Below are positions 18,054-27,916 of a stretch of DNA of 40,286 nucleotides, piece by piece. The DNA is from an uncultured Dehalococcoidia bacterium (GTDB lineage: Bacteria; Chloroflexota; Dehalococcoidia; Lucifugimonadales; UBA3495): positions 1-40,286 of the forward strand of contig CATMOE010000033.1 in NCBI GenBank assembly GCA_950072105.1, given 5' to 3'. A program made the position numbers and the translations under genes. How positions within the stretch are numbered: the stretch's first letter is position 1; every line of letters begins with the position of its first letter. Under the pieces are notes generated by a model that did not search any database, was not told the origin of the DNA, and was given only the letters and a program-made list of their open reading frames with translations.

Positions 18054-18758
18054 ATGGCGGCATCCTGGGAAACTATCAAAGTAGACGGATCTGACATGCG
18101 GATGTACCTAAGTGTCCCCGAGGGTTCGGGGCCCTTTCCGGCAGTACTGGTCAGCCAGCACGGACCGGGAGTGAACGAGTTTATCCAAGACTTCGTCAAC
18201 AAACTGGCCAAGGAAGGATACGTAGCTTGCGCGCCGGAGCTGTATCATCGGGTCACCGAGGAAATGCTGGCCGATGGCTCTAGTGCAGGCCAGCACCTAA
18301 ACGATCCCGAAATTGTCGCTGATATAAACGCGACGGTGGAGTTTTTGAGAAGCCGTCCCTTCGTCGACGGCGAACGGCTGGGAGTCACCGGCTTTTGCCA
18401 AGGCGGCCGGACTACCTGGCTGGCCGCCGCCACCAATCCCCATTTCAAGGCGGCGGTTCCGTTTTTCGGCGGCAACATCAGGGTTCCGGTGGGAGATTCA
18501 GACCAAAGCCCCTTCGACCGGACCAGTGGCATGAAGTGCCCCGTGCTTTTCCACTTTGGCGCCGTGGACACGAATCCCTCCCCGGAAGACCAAGCCAGGT
18601 ACGACGAGGAGCTGACCCGTCTGGGCATACCACACCAGTTTTACAGCTACCCGGGGGCCGACCACGCATTTATGGACTACAACCGAGACCGGTACCAAAA
18701 AGAGGCTTCCGATATCGCTTGGCCCAGGACATTGGAGTTCTTCGCTGCCCATCTATAG
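18054..18758 (+). CDS. dienelactone hydrolase family protein
   Basis: GFCQGG nucleophile elbow, APELYHR, YPGADHAF, AWPRTLEFF. Confidence 0.93.
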   Translation: MAASWETIKVDGSDMRMYLSVPEGSGPFPAVLVSQHGPGVNEFIQDFVNKLAKEGYVACAPELYHRVTEEMLADGSSAGQHLNDPEIVADINATVEFLRSRPFVDGERLGVTGFCQGGRTTWLAAATNPHFKAAVPFFGGNIRVPVGDSDQSPFDRTSGMKCPVLFHFGAVDTNPSPEDQARYDEELTRLGIPHQFYSYPGADHAFMDYNRDRYQKEASDIAWPRTLEFFAAHL

Positions 18759-18798
18759 AGATAGCGGCAGACAAGCCTGATATACCAAAGGAGCAGCA

Positions 18799-20331
18799 AT
18801 GAAATATGACTTTATCGTGATCGGGGCCGGGTCGGCGGGCTGTGTGATGGCCACCAGACTATCCGAGATTCCGAACCGGTCGGTCCTGCTGCTGGAGGCG
18901 GGTCCGGATTACCCCGACTTCGAGAGCTTGCCCGACGACCTAAAATTCGGTTACGACCAGACGGCCTCGGCGATAGACGCGCCCCACAACTGGTCCTTCA
19001 CCGGTAATCCAAATGCCGAACAGCCGGCTACGATGCCCGTCCCCCGGGGCAAGGTGGTGGGCGGCACCAGCTCCATAAACGGCCAGGTCTTGCTGCGGGG
19101 AATCCCCGAAGACTACGACGGCTGGGCCTCGCTGGGCAACGACGAGTGGGAATTCATCAAAATATTACCCTACTTCCGGAAGCTGGAAACCGACACCGAC
19201 ATCAAAGACGACTTCCATGGATTCGACGGCCCGATCCCCGTGCGGCGCCACAAACGTGAAGATTGGCTGCCGGTTCAGAACGCCTTTCACGAAGCCTGCT
19301 TGGAAGCGGGCTATTCTCACGACCCGGACATGAATAACCCGGATTCCGGGGGGATCGGCCCCCTGCCCATGAACAACCCTGAAGGCGTTCGCATGAGCAC
19401 CGCTTTAAGCTACCTCAATCCGCAACGCCACCGCCTCAATCTGACCATCAGGGCCAACGTGACGGTTCGAAGGGTGCTGTTCGATGGGACCAAGACCACC
19501 GGCGTAGAAGTGGAAAGCGGTGGGGAGGTCTTCACCCTGGAAGGAGATGAGGTCATCCTCAGCGCCGGAGCCATCGCTTCTCCCCAGTTGCTGATGCTGT
19601 CCGGCATCGGTCCGCAAGACCATCTTCGCAGCCTGGGGATACCGGTGGTCCATGATTCCCCTGGCGTCGGCCAGAACCTGAGGGACCATCCCAACGTCAG
19701 GATACCCCTGGAAGTCCACGACGATTTCCCCATGGACCCCAAAGCGCCCAGGTCCCAAACAGCCCTGCGCTATACCGCCGAGGGTTCCACCTTACGCAAT
19801 GACATGCAACTGATGGCGTCCTCCTTTTCCTCTCCCATCGCGGGAGACCCGTTGGAATCTGAAGGTATCCGGTTCACTTGCGTCCTGGAGTTGGCAAACG
19901 GGTCTGGAGAAGTGACTCTGGCTTCCACGGACCCTAATGATCAACCGAATCTCTCCTACCATTACCTGGAAGACCCCTTCGACCTCCAGAGGCTGAGGGA
20001 GGCGGTCCGGCTGTGCGTCCGCTTTCAAAACCACGAAGACTACAAGAAGATCGTCAAGCGGCGGATCGCGCCCACCGATGAGGACTTGGCCACCGACGAG
20101 ACCTTAGACGCTTGGCTCAAGCGCAACGTGTCCACTTCCCAACATTTGGCGGGGACCTGCAAGATGGGACCGTCATCCGACGAAACGGCGGTGGTGGATC
20201 AGTATTGCCGGGTGCACGGCCTTCAGGGGCTTCGCGTTGTCGACACCTCGGTAATGCCCAACGTCGTCCGTGCCAATACCAACGCCACCGCCATAATGAT
20301 CGCCGAGCGGGTGGCCGAATGGATGAAGTGA
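18799..20331 (+). CDS. GMC family oxidoreductase (choline dehydrogenase/MftG-like)
   Basis: GAGSAG, LLLEAG, RGKVVGGTSSING, GVGQNLRDH, HLAGTCKMG, ANTNATAIMIAER. Confidence 0.95.
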   Translation: MKYDFIVIGAGSAGCVMATRLSEIPNRSVLLLEAGPDYPDFESLPDDLKFGYDQTASAIDAPHNWSFTGNPNAEQPATMPVPRGKVVGGTSSINGQVLLRGIPEDYDGWASLGNDEWEFIKILPYFRKLETDTDIKDDFHGFDGPIPVRRHKREDWLPVQNAFHEACLEAGYSHDPDMNNPDSGGIGPLPMNNPEGVRMSTALSYLNPQRHRLNLTIRANVTVRRVLFDGTKTTGVEVESGGEVFTLEGDEVILSAGAIASPQLLMLSGIGPQDHLRSLGIPVVHDSPGVGQNLRDHPNVRIPLEVHDDFPMDPKAPRSQTALRYTAEGSTLRNDMQLMASSFSSPIAGDPLESEGIRFTCVLELANGSGEVTLASTDPNDQPNLSYHYLEDPFDLQRLREAVRLCVRFQNHEDYKKIVKRRIAPTDEDLATDETLDAWLKRNVSTSQHLAGTCKMGPSSDETAVVDQYCRVHGLQGLRVVDTSVMPNVVRANTNATAIMIAERVAEWMK

Positions 20332-20407
20332 CCTCCCGCACAACTGGCAGGTCCTAATTAGACCCGCTCCATAACGTGACAATAGTCTATTCGCAGGAGT
20401 CCAAAGG

Positions 20408-21427
20408 ATGACTTATTTCGCTTTCGTTTCCTTGCAAGACGACGACAAAATTCTGGTTTTTACGATCGACGCCGGCACCGGCAAGCTGACTCAATCCGGG
20501 GAGGCGGCGGTTCCTGGGGGTCCGGCCGCCTTGGCGATATCCCCCGATCGAGATTTTCTCTACGTGGGGCGGCGGGGCGCTTTGGACATCGCCAGCTTTA
20601 GTATTGACCAAGCCAACGGTGGAATCACCCAGATCGGTTCAGCGTCACTGCAAGGCGAGCCGGTAGCCCTGGCCACCGACCGGAAAGGCAGGTACGTACT
20701 TTCCGCTTACTACTACCAGCGGACGGCCGCGGTGCACCGCATCGAGAACGGGGCCGCGGTCACTCCCGCCGTGGAATGGCTGATGACCGCGTCCGGGGCC
20801 CATTCGATACAAACCGACCCGTCCAACCGGTTTGCCTTCGTGCCCCACATAGCCAACCGAGGGCCCAACCAGATCTACCAATTTAAATTCGACGAAAACA
20901 CCGGCCGCCTCACGCCCAACTCTCCAGCCCGAGTGGAGCCAACCGAGCACCTGGGGCCCCGCCACTTCTGCTTCCATCCATCATTGGACATCCTTTACTT
21001 CACCGACGAGCAAGGTTGCAGCGTCACCGCTTATCGTCTGGATACCGGTGCGGGAACACTGCAGGCGTTCCAAACCATCTCCACGCTGCCCGAGGGTTAC
21101 TCCGACAGCAACTCCTGCTCTCAGATTCAGATAACACCCAACGGCAATTTTCTGTACGCTCCCAATCGTGGCCACAATAGTATCGCCGGGTTTTCCGTGG
21201 ACCCTTCCAGCGGAACCCTATCGGCCGCCGGCCACGTCGCCACCCAGGCGGTTCCTCGCGCGTTCAACCTGGACCCCCAGGGCAAGTTCGTTTACGCTGC
21301 CGGGCTGGAGACGGGCAACCTCACCTCATACGTGATCGACCAAGCCACGGGAGAGCTGACGCCTTCAGAGATCTATCCAGTAGGCAAACGGCCCATGTGG
21401 GTGCTGACAACCGAACTGAGCGGCTAG
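20408..21427 (+). CDS. lactonase family protein (6-phosphogluconolactonase Pgl/YbhE-like beta-propeller)
   Basis: AHSIQTDP, GPRHFCFHP, QTISTLP, YAPNRGHNSIA, PRAFNLDP. Confidence 0.92.
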   Translation: MTYFAFVSLQDDDKILVFTIDAGTGKLTQSGEAAVPGGPAALAISPDRDFLYVGRRGALDIASFSIDQANGGITQIGSASLQGEPVALATDRKGRYVLSAYYYQRTAAVHRIENGAAVTPAVEWLMTASGAHSIQTDPSNRFAFVPHIANRGPNQIYQFKFDENTGRLTPNSPARVEPTEHLGPRHFCFHPSLDILYFTDEQGCSVTAYRLDTGAGTLQAFQTISTLPEGYSDSNSCSQIQITPNGNFLYAPNRGHNSIAGFSVDPSSGTLSAAGHVATQAVPRAFNLDPQGKFVYAAGLETGNLTSYVIDQATGELTPSEIYPVGKRPMWVLTTELSG

Positions 21428-21935
21428 CCAAGCAGTGGAGTTGAACGGGATCGCGGGGCCAAACCGGGTGCGCCCGGCGGATCGGAAGTAATCCGTACCA
21501 GAGGTAATGTTCTGAGTTACACAAAACACAATCTGTATACAAGCAACTACTTACTAAGTGACCAAGGGGTTTGCAATCCTCCGGATGACAGCGAGTGGAC
21601 GGTCCTGGCCCACATAGGGGAGCACGACGAAGGCGGTCAATTTGTCGAGGTCGATGGCCGGGCAGATTCCATCTGCCTGGTTCTGCAAGACCAGGAATCC
21701 TGGCCGGTGTTGAGCTTCATCACACCCACCGAGGCGCGGTTACTAGCTCACACGTTGTTGGAAGCTGTCGGCCCGGAATAATGCGCCGTCAACGACGCCT
21801 CTGGCGTGTTGTGTGAAGTCCGGACATAAACTAATATCTGGTGACAAGATAGGGTCGTCAAAGGTGATTAACACCAAAGGGACTCGGAGTCATGATCAGC
21901 GAAACTAAGTATCACTCTGACCAGGGGGTTTAGGA

Positions 21936-22544
21936 ATGGCTCTCACGATTGACAGGGCGCACACGGCGCTTTTGGTGATGGACTTTGAAAACGATGTCGT
22001 CCACGAAGACGGGGCGTTCAAGGACTTTGGCTTTGCCGCGATGGTCAAGCAGAATGACGTGTTCGGCAAAACGGCCAAGTTACTGGACGCAACCCGGCGT
22101 TCGGGCGTGAAAGTGATCTACATCTCGGTGAAGTTTCGCTCAGGCTACCCGGAACGCCCCGCTAATGGCGGCCTCTTTGGCGCGCTCGTCGGGGCAAGCG
22201 CACTTGTCGAGGGCACGTGGGGCGCTGAGATACACGAAGCCGTCGCCCCACGGGACGGAGAAGCAGTAGTGACCAAGCGTGGCGTCAGCGCGTTTTACGG
22301 GTCCGACCTGGCGCCGATACTTGCCACCGCACGCATTGGCACATTGCTACTGTCGGGCGTCGCCACCAACTTCGTGGTGGAAGGCACCGCTCGGGAGGCG
22401 ACGGACCGTGGCTACGATGTAGTAATCGTAGGGGATTGCTGCGCCTCGGTGTCCCAAGAAGCCCACGACGCCGCCCTGACGGTCGCGCTTCCCTTCCTTG
22501 CCACCATCTCCGATCTGGATGAGGTCGTCGCGGCCCTGGGTTAG
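21936..22544 (+). CDS. isochorismatase family protein
   Basis: TALLVMDFEND, TKRGVSAFYGSDL, GVATNFVVEGTAREATDRGY, DCCAS. Confidence 0.9.
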   Translation: MALTIDRAHTALLVMDFENDVVHEDGAFKDFGFAAMVKQNDVFGKTAKLLDATRRSGVKVIYISVKFRSGYPERPANGGLFGALVGASALVEGTWGAEIHEAVAPRDGEAVVTKRGVSAFYGSDLAPILATARIGTLLLSGVATNFVVEGTAREATDRGYDVVIVGDCCASVSQEAHDAALTVALPFLATISDLDEVVAALG

Positions 22545-22628
22545 CAAAGAGCCGCGCCGGAGAACGTAGCCAACGGCCAGGACCGGCGATTATCCGGCGG
22601 CTTCTCCTACGCTGACAACCGCCGGGGC

Positions 22629-23024
22629 TTAGGCGTAGGTGATGATTTCCAGGCGATGACCGCTGGGGTCGGAGAAGTAGACCGATAGGGTCTCGCCTTT
22701 TGCCCCAGTGCTGATGCCGGGACCACGCATATTGGTCTTGTCCCTGGGGCCATCGCCAAAGGGTATGCCCGAATCTTTGATGGCCTGGAAGGATCGGTCA
22801 AACTGGTCGCGCTCCATGGCGAAGGCGTAATGGATGCCGGGGTCGGGGATAACGTCGAAGCGTTGCAGGTCCAGAGTAAAAGAGTCGTTCAGACGGATAA
22901 CGGCGAACCGGTCGTCCATGCCGGCCCGGCCATCGTATTGGAATCCGAGCACCCGAGTATAGAACTCAACCGACTCGTCCTGATCTTTCACCGGAACAAT
23001 CGTGTGGTCTAGCACTGCGGTCAT
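22629..23024 (-). CDS. VOC (glyoxalase/bleomycin resistance) family protein
   Basis: LDHTIV, FY..VLG, HYAF, VYFSDPSGHRLEI. Confidence 0.9.
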   Translation of the reverse strand: MTAVLDHTIVPVKDQDESVEFYTRVLGFQYDGRAGMDDRFAVIRLNDSFTLDLQRFDVIPDPGIHYAFAMERDQFDRSFQAIKDSGIPFGDGPRDKTNMRGPGISTGAKGETLSVYFSDPSGHRLEIITYA

Positions 23025-23184
23025 GGCGCCACCTCTTCGTTTTTCATCCGGAGCGTCCTGATTGAGATGGTATCGACGCCCCGGAACGCTGTCAACGCCA
23101 TTAAGCCTAGGCGTAGTAAAATGGGCGTTGGCGATACCATCCGATCGCCGTATCCATCGTTAGACCTACCTCTAGCAGATTCAC

Positions 23185-23754
23185 ATGAAATTAAGCATAA
23201 TTTGGATAATTGGCTCTCTGGCGGTGATGTGGGTTGTTGAGATCATTAACGGATTCATCGGTCACCGGCTGAGCGTATGGGGCATCTTGCCACGCACGAC
23301 TTCAGGGTTAATAGGGATCCCGTTAAGCCCTTTCCTGCACGGCAGCTTCAACCATGTTCTGTCCAACACCATCCCTTTTCTGGTGCTTGGTGGACTTGTG
23401 GGACTAAGGGGCGGCCAAAAACTGGTGGGTCTTTCTCTGTTTATCATCGTGGTTGGCGGGGCGGGGGTTTGGCTGCTTGGGCGACCGGCAATACACGTTG
23501 GAGCCAGTGGCTTGGTCTTCGGATACTTCGGCTACTTGGTGGCGAATGGCTGGTTCGATCGGAGGCCCATCTCCATCTTTGCCGCCATCGCCGTCATCGT
23601 TGTGTATGGAAGCCTGGTGTTCGGCGTGATTCCCACAACAGGCTTTGTCTCGTGGGAGGCGCACTTGTTCGGATTGTTAGCGGGCGTGCTCTCCGCTCGG
23701 CTGACGAGGAGAGTCCGAACCCAAACCGCGCCTCTGGCAACGGACCATGATTAG
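23185..23754 (+). CDS. rhomboid family intramembrane serine protease
   Basis: SPFLHG..H...N, HVGASG (catalytic Ser), SWEAHLFG (catalytic His). Confidence 0.93.
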   Translation: MKLSIIWIIGSLAVMWVVEIINGFIGHRLSVWGILPRTTSGLIGIPLSPFLHGSFNHVLSNTIPFLVLGGLVGLRGGQKLVGLSLFIIVVGGAGVWLLGRPAIHVGASGLVFGYFGYLVANGWFDRRPISIFAAIAVIVVYGSLVFGVIPTTGFVSWEAHLFGLLAGVLSARLTRRVRTQTAPLATDHD

Positions 23755-23799
23755 AAGCCGGAATGCATGCCAGGCGGGTCCACCGAGGTCCGTCGTAGG

Positions 23800-24783
23800 A
23801 TGAGCTTGAAACTCTGCGTCGTAGGTTGCGGGCATTTTGCCCGGATATTCGCTGGGGCAATGCAAGCGATAGCCGGCGAGGTCGACCTCTCCTTCGCCAG
23901 CAGGGACGCCCAACGGGCGGCGGAATACGCGGCTGCTTTCAACGGTAAAGCCTCCTTCGGCTCCTACGAGGCCGCGGCCGCTGACTCCGATGTGGAAGCC
24001 ATGTATCTGTGCACGCCCCACCACCTCCATGGGGAGCACGTGGCCCTGGCCGCCGCCGCCGGAAAGCACATCTTGGTGGAAAAGCCCATCGCCCGCACGA
24101 TGGAGGAGGCCCGGTTGATCGTCCAGACTGCCAACCAGGCCGGCGTCACATTGATGGTGGCCGAGAATTACCGGTTCATGGCGGTGGTGCGCCTGGCGAA
24201 GCAACTCATCGACGGCGGAACATTGGGCGTCCTCCGGCTGATCCAGCTACAGGAGGAGGCCGATCTCCGGCCCAGCCAATGGCGCGCCAGCCGGGAGTTG
24301 AACGGCGGCGGTGTACTCATCGACGGCGGCATCCATAAGATCGACATTCTCCTCTACCTGGCGGGCCGCCCGCGTGACGTATACGCCACGGCCCTGCCTC
24401 AGGTCTTAGACGATTCGGAAGGAGAGGACGGCGTTGTCATCGTTACCCATTCAAAAAGCGGGGCAGTAGGCCTGATCAACCATTCATGGGCCAAGGTCCA
24501 CGGCCGCGAACCGAAGTGGGTTTCCGTGTCGGGTACCAAGGCGCGGATCTCGTTCGACTTGGCGGGGACGCACGTAACCATCGACGACGGTTTAGAGGAA
24601 CGGACACTGGAGGCTCCCGGAGACCGCCGCGGAATAATACCGATGGTGCAAGAATTTCGGGACAGCATTCGGCAAGGGCGGGACCCTGAGATCACCGGAT
24701 CGGTTGGCATGGAGGACTTGGAGATAACCCTGAAGGCCTACGAGTCCATGGGATCAGGACAGCGGGTCGTGCTGGACCCCTAG
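23800..24783 (+). CDS. Gfo/Idh/MocA family oxidoreductase
   Basis: VVGCG, TPHHLH, GKHILVEKP, GGVLIDGGIH; start 23800 (alternative 23767). Confidence 0.92.
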   Translation: MSLKLCVVGCGHFARIFAGAMQAIAGEVDLSFASRDAQRAAEYAAAFNGKASFGSYEAAAADSDVEAMYLCTPHHLHGEHVALAAAAGKHILVEKPIARTMEEARLIVQTANQAGVTLMVAENYRFMAVVRLAKQLIDGGTLGVLRLIQLQEEADLRPSQWRASRELNGGGVLIDGGIHKIDILLYLAGRPRDVYATALPQVLDDSEGEDGVVIVTHSKSGAVGLINHSWAKVHGREPKWVSVSGTKARISFDLAGTHVTIDDGLEERTLEAPGDRRGIIPMVQEFRDSIRQGRDPEITGSVGMEDLEITLKAYESMGSGQRVVLDP

Positions 24784-24944
24784 TCACCACGCCGTAACAC
24801 CAGGCTCGCCACTGAGCGCCACGTGGTAACTAACGGCAACAACATCGCTATGGTTCGCTACTTTGCTCTTCCGGCGCGCTCCATCGTTGGATCTCTCTCA
24901 ACAAGTATTCGGCGTCGCCGGTATCGTCCCAACGGCAAACCGTC

Positions 24945-25250
24945 TTACACTCCTGCCTGGATGCCGATCTTTCCCTCTGTTCCTTCCCCTCGGCCTTCGC
25001 ACCCGATGCCGTCCATGTCACCGTCAAATCCGTGCGGGTCAGGAGGAACCACGATAAATCGCTTTTGTTTAATGTCCTCGCAGCCCAAGAGCGGCGGCGG
25101 GGAAGGGATGCAGAAATGGGGATAGGATGCATCGCAATCTCCGTCTAGCTCTGTCGTACCGGTGTTACAGGCCAGCAACACGACTAGGAAACCTGTGAGT
25201 GCCAATACACCCATCTGATGCCTTCTGGTGTTGTGGGGGCGAAGGGTCAT
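24945..25250 (-). CDS. small lipoprotein with Excalibur-like calcium-binding domain
   Basis: LLAC lipobox; CDASYP..CIP.PPP...C....DPHGFDGDMDGIGCE (DxDxDGxxCE). Confidence 0.8.
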   Translation of the reverse strand: MTLRPHNTRRHQMGVLALTGFLVVLLACNTGTTELDGDCDASYPHFCIPSPPPLLGCEDIKQKRFIVVPPDPHGFDGDMDGIGCEGRGEGTEGKIGIQAGV

Positions 25251-25623
25251 AACTCGTTCTGACGCCGGTCTGCCTCTTCCTTCCGCCCTTGCTAGCTACC
25301 AGACAGCTATACCCCCAAGCACGATGAACAGTTGAGACAGTCCTTTCTCTTAGCCACCACAAGAATAGCGGGATGTGCCCTTGGTTCACCGTCATGGAAT
25401 CGGGATTGAATCTTATCTTGACGCTCAAGCCGGCCATCCAGATTCCGGCCGCAAGGGCAAGCGGAACAACGACGATCAAGACAGCGGCGTCCGTGTCCCC
25501 GGATACAATATTGAACACCGCGATTAATATTAGCAAAGGCGCCGCCAAAATCATGACCCAACCCCTCCCGATGGCATACCGTCTTGCGATAACTATTTTT
25601 GGATTAGCTCTTTGGTTCCACAT
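25165..25623 (-). CDS. hypothetical membrane protein (2 TM; 3' end uncertain, overlaps downstream gene by 86 nt)
   Basis: Two hydrophobic helices followed by a beta-rich stretch; C-terminus looks degenerate. Confidence 0.45.
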   Translation of the reverse strand: MWNQRANPKIVIARRYAIGRGWVMILAAPLLILIAVFNIVSGDTDAAVLIVVVPLALAAGIWMAGLSVKIRFNPDSMTVNQGHIPLFLWWLRERTVSTVHRAWGYSCLVASKGGRKRQTGVRTSYDPSPPQHQKASDGCIGTHRFPSRVAGL

Positions 25624-25642
25624 GGCAGCGCCACCACCAAGC

Positions 25643-25858
25643 TCAGCTTAAGACCCGCACAACCACCTTGAAACGCCGGGTGGCGCAGGTAGCCCGTAGC
25701 TCGGTGAAACTCACCACCACAGCGGTGGCGAAACCCGGACCTTCATCGATCTGTACGTCAACCTGGGGTACGCCGCTCCGGTATATGCGCCCCAAAGGCA
25801 CGTCCTCTTCCGAGTAAAGAAACCAGGTCGTTGTTGGTAGGCAAGTGGAGGCACTCAT
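25643..25858 (-). CDS. hypothetical small protein
   Basis: 71-aa ORF co-oriented with neighbours, protein-like composition, weak SD. Confidence 0.4.
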   Translation of the reverse strand: MSASTCLPTTTWFLYSEEDVPLGRIYRSGVPQVDVQIDEGPGFATAVVVSFTELRATCATRRFKVVVRVLS

Positions 25859-26136
25859 ATATAGAACCCGCGGACAGCGATGTCATGTGAGATGGGAAAC
25901 CGCGCGGCATCGACTCGGTCTCGCACGTCAATTATAGCTGAACCAGCTTTGCTGACGATTCTTGATCCGGCGGTCTCGCGGATTTAAGAATCTCACCAAG
26001 CCTTTGGGCGGTCACCTCGCCGACGTAGTAAAATGCGCGCCATGGACCTAAGGATTCGGCGGCGCGGCCGGCGGATGACTTTAAAAGATTTTCCGGAGCG
26101 CCGGGACCAGCGTCCAGCGATCAAAGTGGGAGGGCA

Positions 26137-26838
26137 ATGGGCAAAAACATTAACACCGTAATCTTCGATCTGGATGGAACGCTGATCAACAGCGAACCAG
26201 CCGCTCTGGGGGCAACAGTCGAAGCGTTGTCCCGATTTGGGGTGTCTGCCAGCGACACTGAAGTAAGGGAGCAATTCGGCGGCGGATCCCGGAAGATCAT
26301 GCAATATTTTTTGGATAGAGACCTGGATCCGTCTGAGGCTGACCGTGTGATTGACGAGGCGACTGATTTGAAAGTTAGCCTTCAGGTAAGCTTTACCGAT
26401 CGAGTGGTCTTGTTGCCCAACGCCAAGAAAATGCTGCAAGAATTGAAGGACAACGGATTCAGGCTTGCCTTGGCCACGATGGCCGCCCGGGATGTCGTAG
26501 ACAAGGTTACCAATCACCATGGTATCGATGGATTTTTCGACCACATCTTGACCGCTGATGACGTAGTGCGGGTAAAGCCTGATCCCGAAGTTTTGACCAA
26601 GACCGTTGAGCTATTTGGCGGACAAATTAATGGTTTCCTATACATCGGCGATTCTACACACGACTTGGAAGCGGCCGTTTCCTTGGCAATGCCATTTTTG
26701 CTAGTCGATTCCGGTATCTTCGTGCGCGGAGAAACCAGAACACAGCTCCGTATCAGCGCGGAGGAGCACGGCTATCCGATTGTTGACCGAGAAGGGTTGT
26801 TAGACATCTGTGAGATCGCTAAGAATCATCATTTCTGA
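26137..26838 (+). CDS. HAD family hydrolase (phosphoglycolate phosphatase-like)
   Basis: IFDLDGTLINS, ALAT, KPDPE, YIGDSTHD; GGGAGG SD. Confidence 0.92.
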   Translation: MGKNINTVIFDLDGTLINSEPAALGATVEALSRFGVSASDTEVREQFGGGSRKIMQYFLDRDLDPSEADRVIDEATDLKVSLQVSFTDRVVLLPNAKKMLQELKDNGFRLALATMAARDVVDKVTNHHGIDGFFDHILTADDVVRVKPDPEVLTKTVELFGGQINGFLYIGDSTHDLEAAVSLAMPFLLVDSGIFVRGETRTQLRISAEEHGYPIVDREGLLDICEIAKNHHF

Positions 26839-26887
26839 TCCAACACCGGGTGGCAAGGTAGCGCACATCAGAGGTACGTGAATCCCG

Positions 26888-27760
26888 ATGGCCGATTGCT
26901 CCAAATGTGGCTTGCAAGTGGGAGACGACTCCCTGATATGCTTCAGGTGCGGACAGAGGCGGCCGGTTTCTGATTCTTCGGAGCCGCCCCGGGAGCCGGA
27001 GCCCACCTTGGAAAAACCCCTGGAATCGCTATTAGAGCTTGTACCGGCCGCTCCCCAAGCCCCGATAACGTCGTTTATCAAGTGGGCCGGCATCGGGGTG
27101 GCTGGTTTAGTCGGGCTAACTATTTTCCTGATTGTCGTGATCGGACCAAGTGAAGATTGGAACACCACGGTGTTTCCAAGACTGACGGACGCGGCGGCGT
27201 CCGTGAGCCCAGAGGTGCACGAAATCGCCCACCAAGCCCGAGTGGCTGTATCAACCCTGGCGGACGAAAAGGAGATCCTGCAACTGGTGGAAGCGGCTGC
27301 GTCGGCGGGTCCAGAAGTGGACGGGGTCGCCTATCGAGACCGGGGAGCTGTATCAATCCCGATCGTCATGAAAGCAAACAGGGAGTATTCCTTTGACGAA
27401 TTCAAGGAGGCTTTCGCGTTAGAGGCCCGTCACTACGCTGTTGTCAACGACAGCCGCGACTACGAACTCAAATGGCTATATTTCGCTGGTGAGGTAATAG
27501 AGACCAAAGACATCACGACGCAGGAACTAATGGGAGATTTGGCGACGAAGTATAATTTCCCGAACGAAACTACCCACTGGGCGCCGATCCGCGTCGAACC
27601 CCATCGAGAAATCCTTGTCAGTTGGGCAGACGACAGCGAATTTCAAGAGGACTTGATGGTCGGCGAGTCCGTCGAACTAATGGCGTTCCATAAATCCGTG
27701 CGAGACGGTGTGCCTCGGATGGCCTTGGATCTCGGGAAGGTGAGATTTCTTGACCGGTAG
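26888..27760 (+). CDS. hypothetical membrane protein with N-terminal zinc ribbon
   Basis: CSKCG...CFRCG, Pro-rich linker, single TM, internal 34-aa-period duplication. Confidence 0.75.
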   Translation: MADCSKCGLQVGDDSLICFRCGQRRPVSDSSEPPREPEPTLEKPLESLLELVPAAPQAPITSFIKWAGIGVAGLVGLTIFLIVVIGPSEDWNTTVFPRLTDAAASVSPEVHEIAHQARVAVSTLADEKEILQLVEAAASAGPEVDGVAYRDRGAVSIPIVMKANREYSFDEFKEAFALEARHYAVVNDSRDYELKWLYFAGEVIETKDITTQELMGDLATKYNFPNETTHWAPIRVEPHREILVSWADDSEFQEDLMVGESVELMAFHKSVRDGVPRMALDLGKVRFLDR

Positions 27761-27794
27761 GCTCCAACCCCGACTAATCCACTTCGCCTCATTC

Positions 27795-27843
27795 CCGCCT
27801 TGTTTAAACCCGCCGAGTAGAACAAGGCGGCCAGAAGGCCGCC
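27795..27843. terminator. putative terminator hairpin(s) between convergent genes
   Basis: CCGCCTTGTT/AACAAGGCGG and overlapping GGCGGCC-AGAA-GGCCGCC; no strong U-tract. Confidence 0.35.
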
Positions 27844-27916
27844 CACTCCTCTAAATGGCCTGAAATCGCCTCTGACGACGTTGGTTGGCCTTTCTAAATA
27901 ACCGCGGGCGCTGTTA

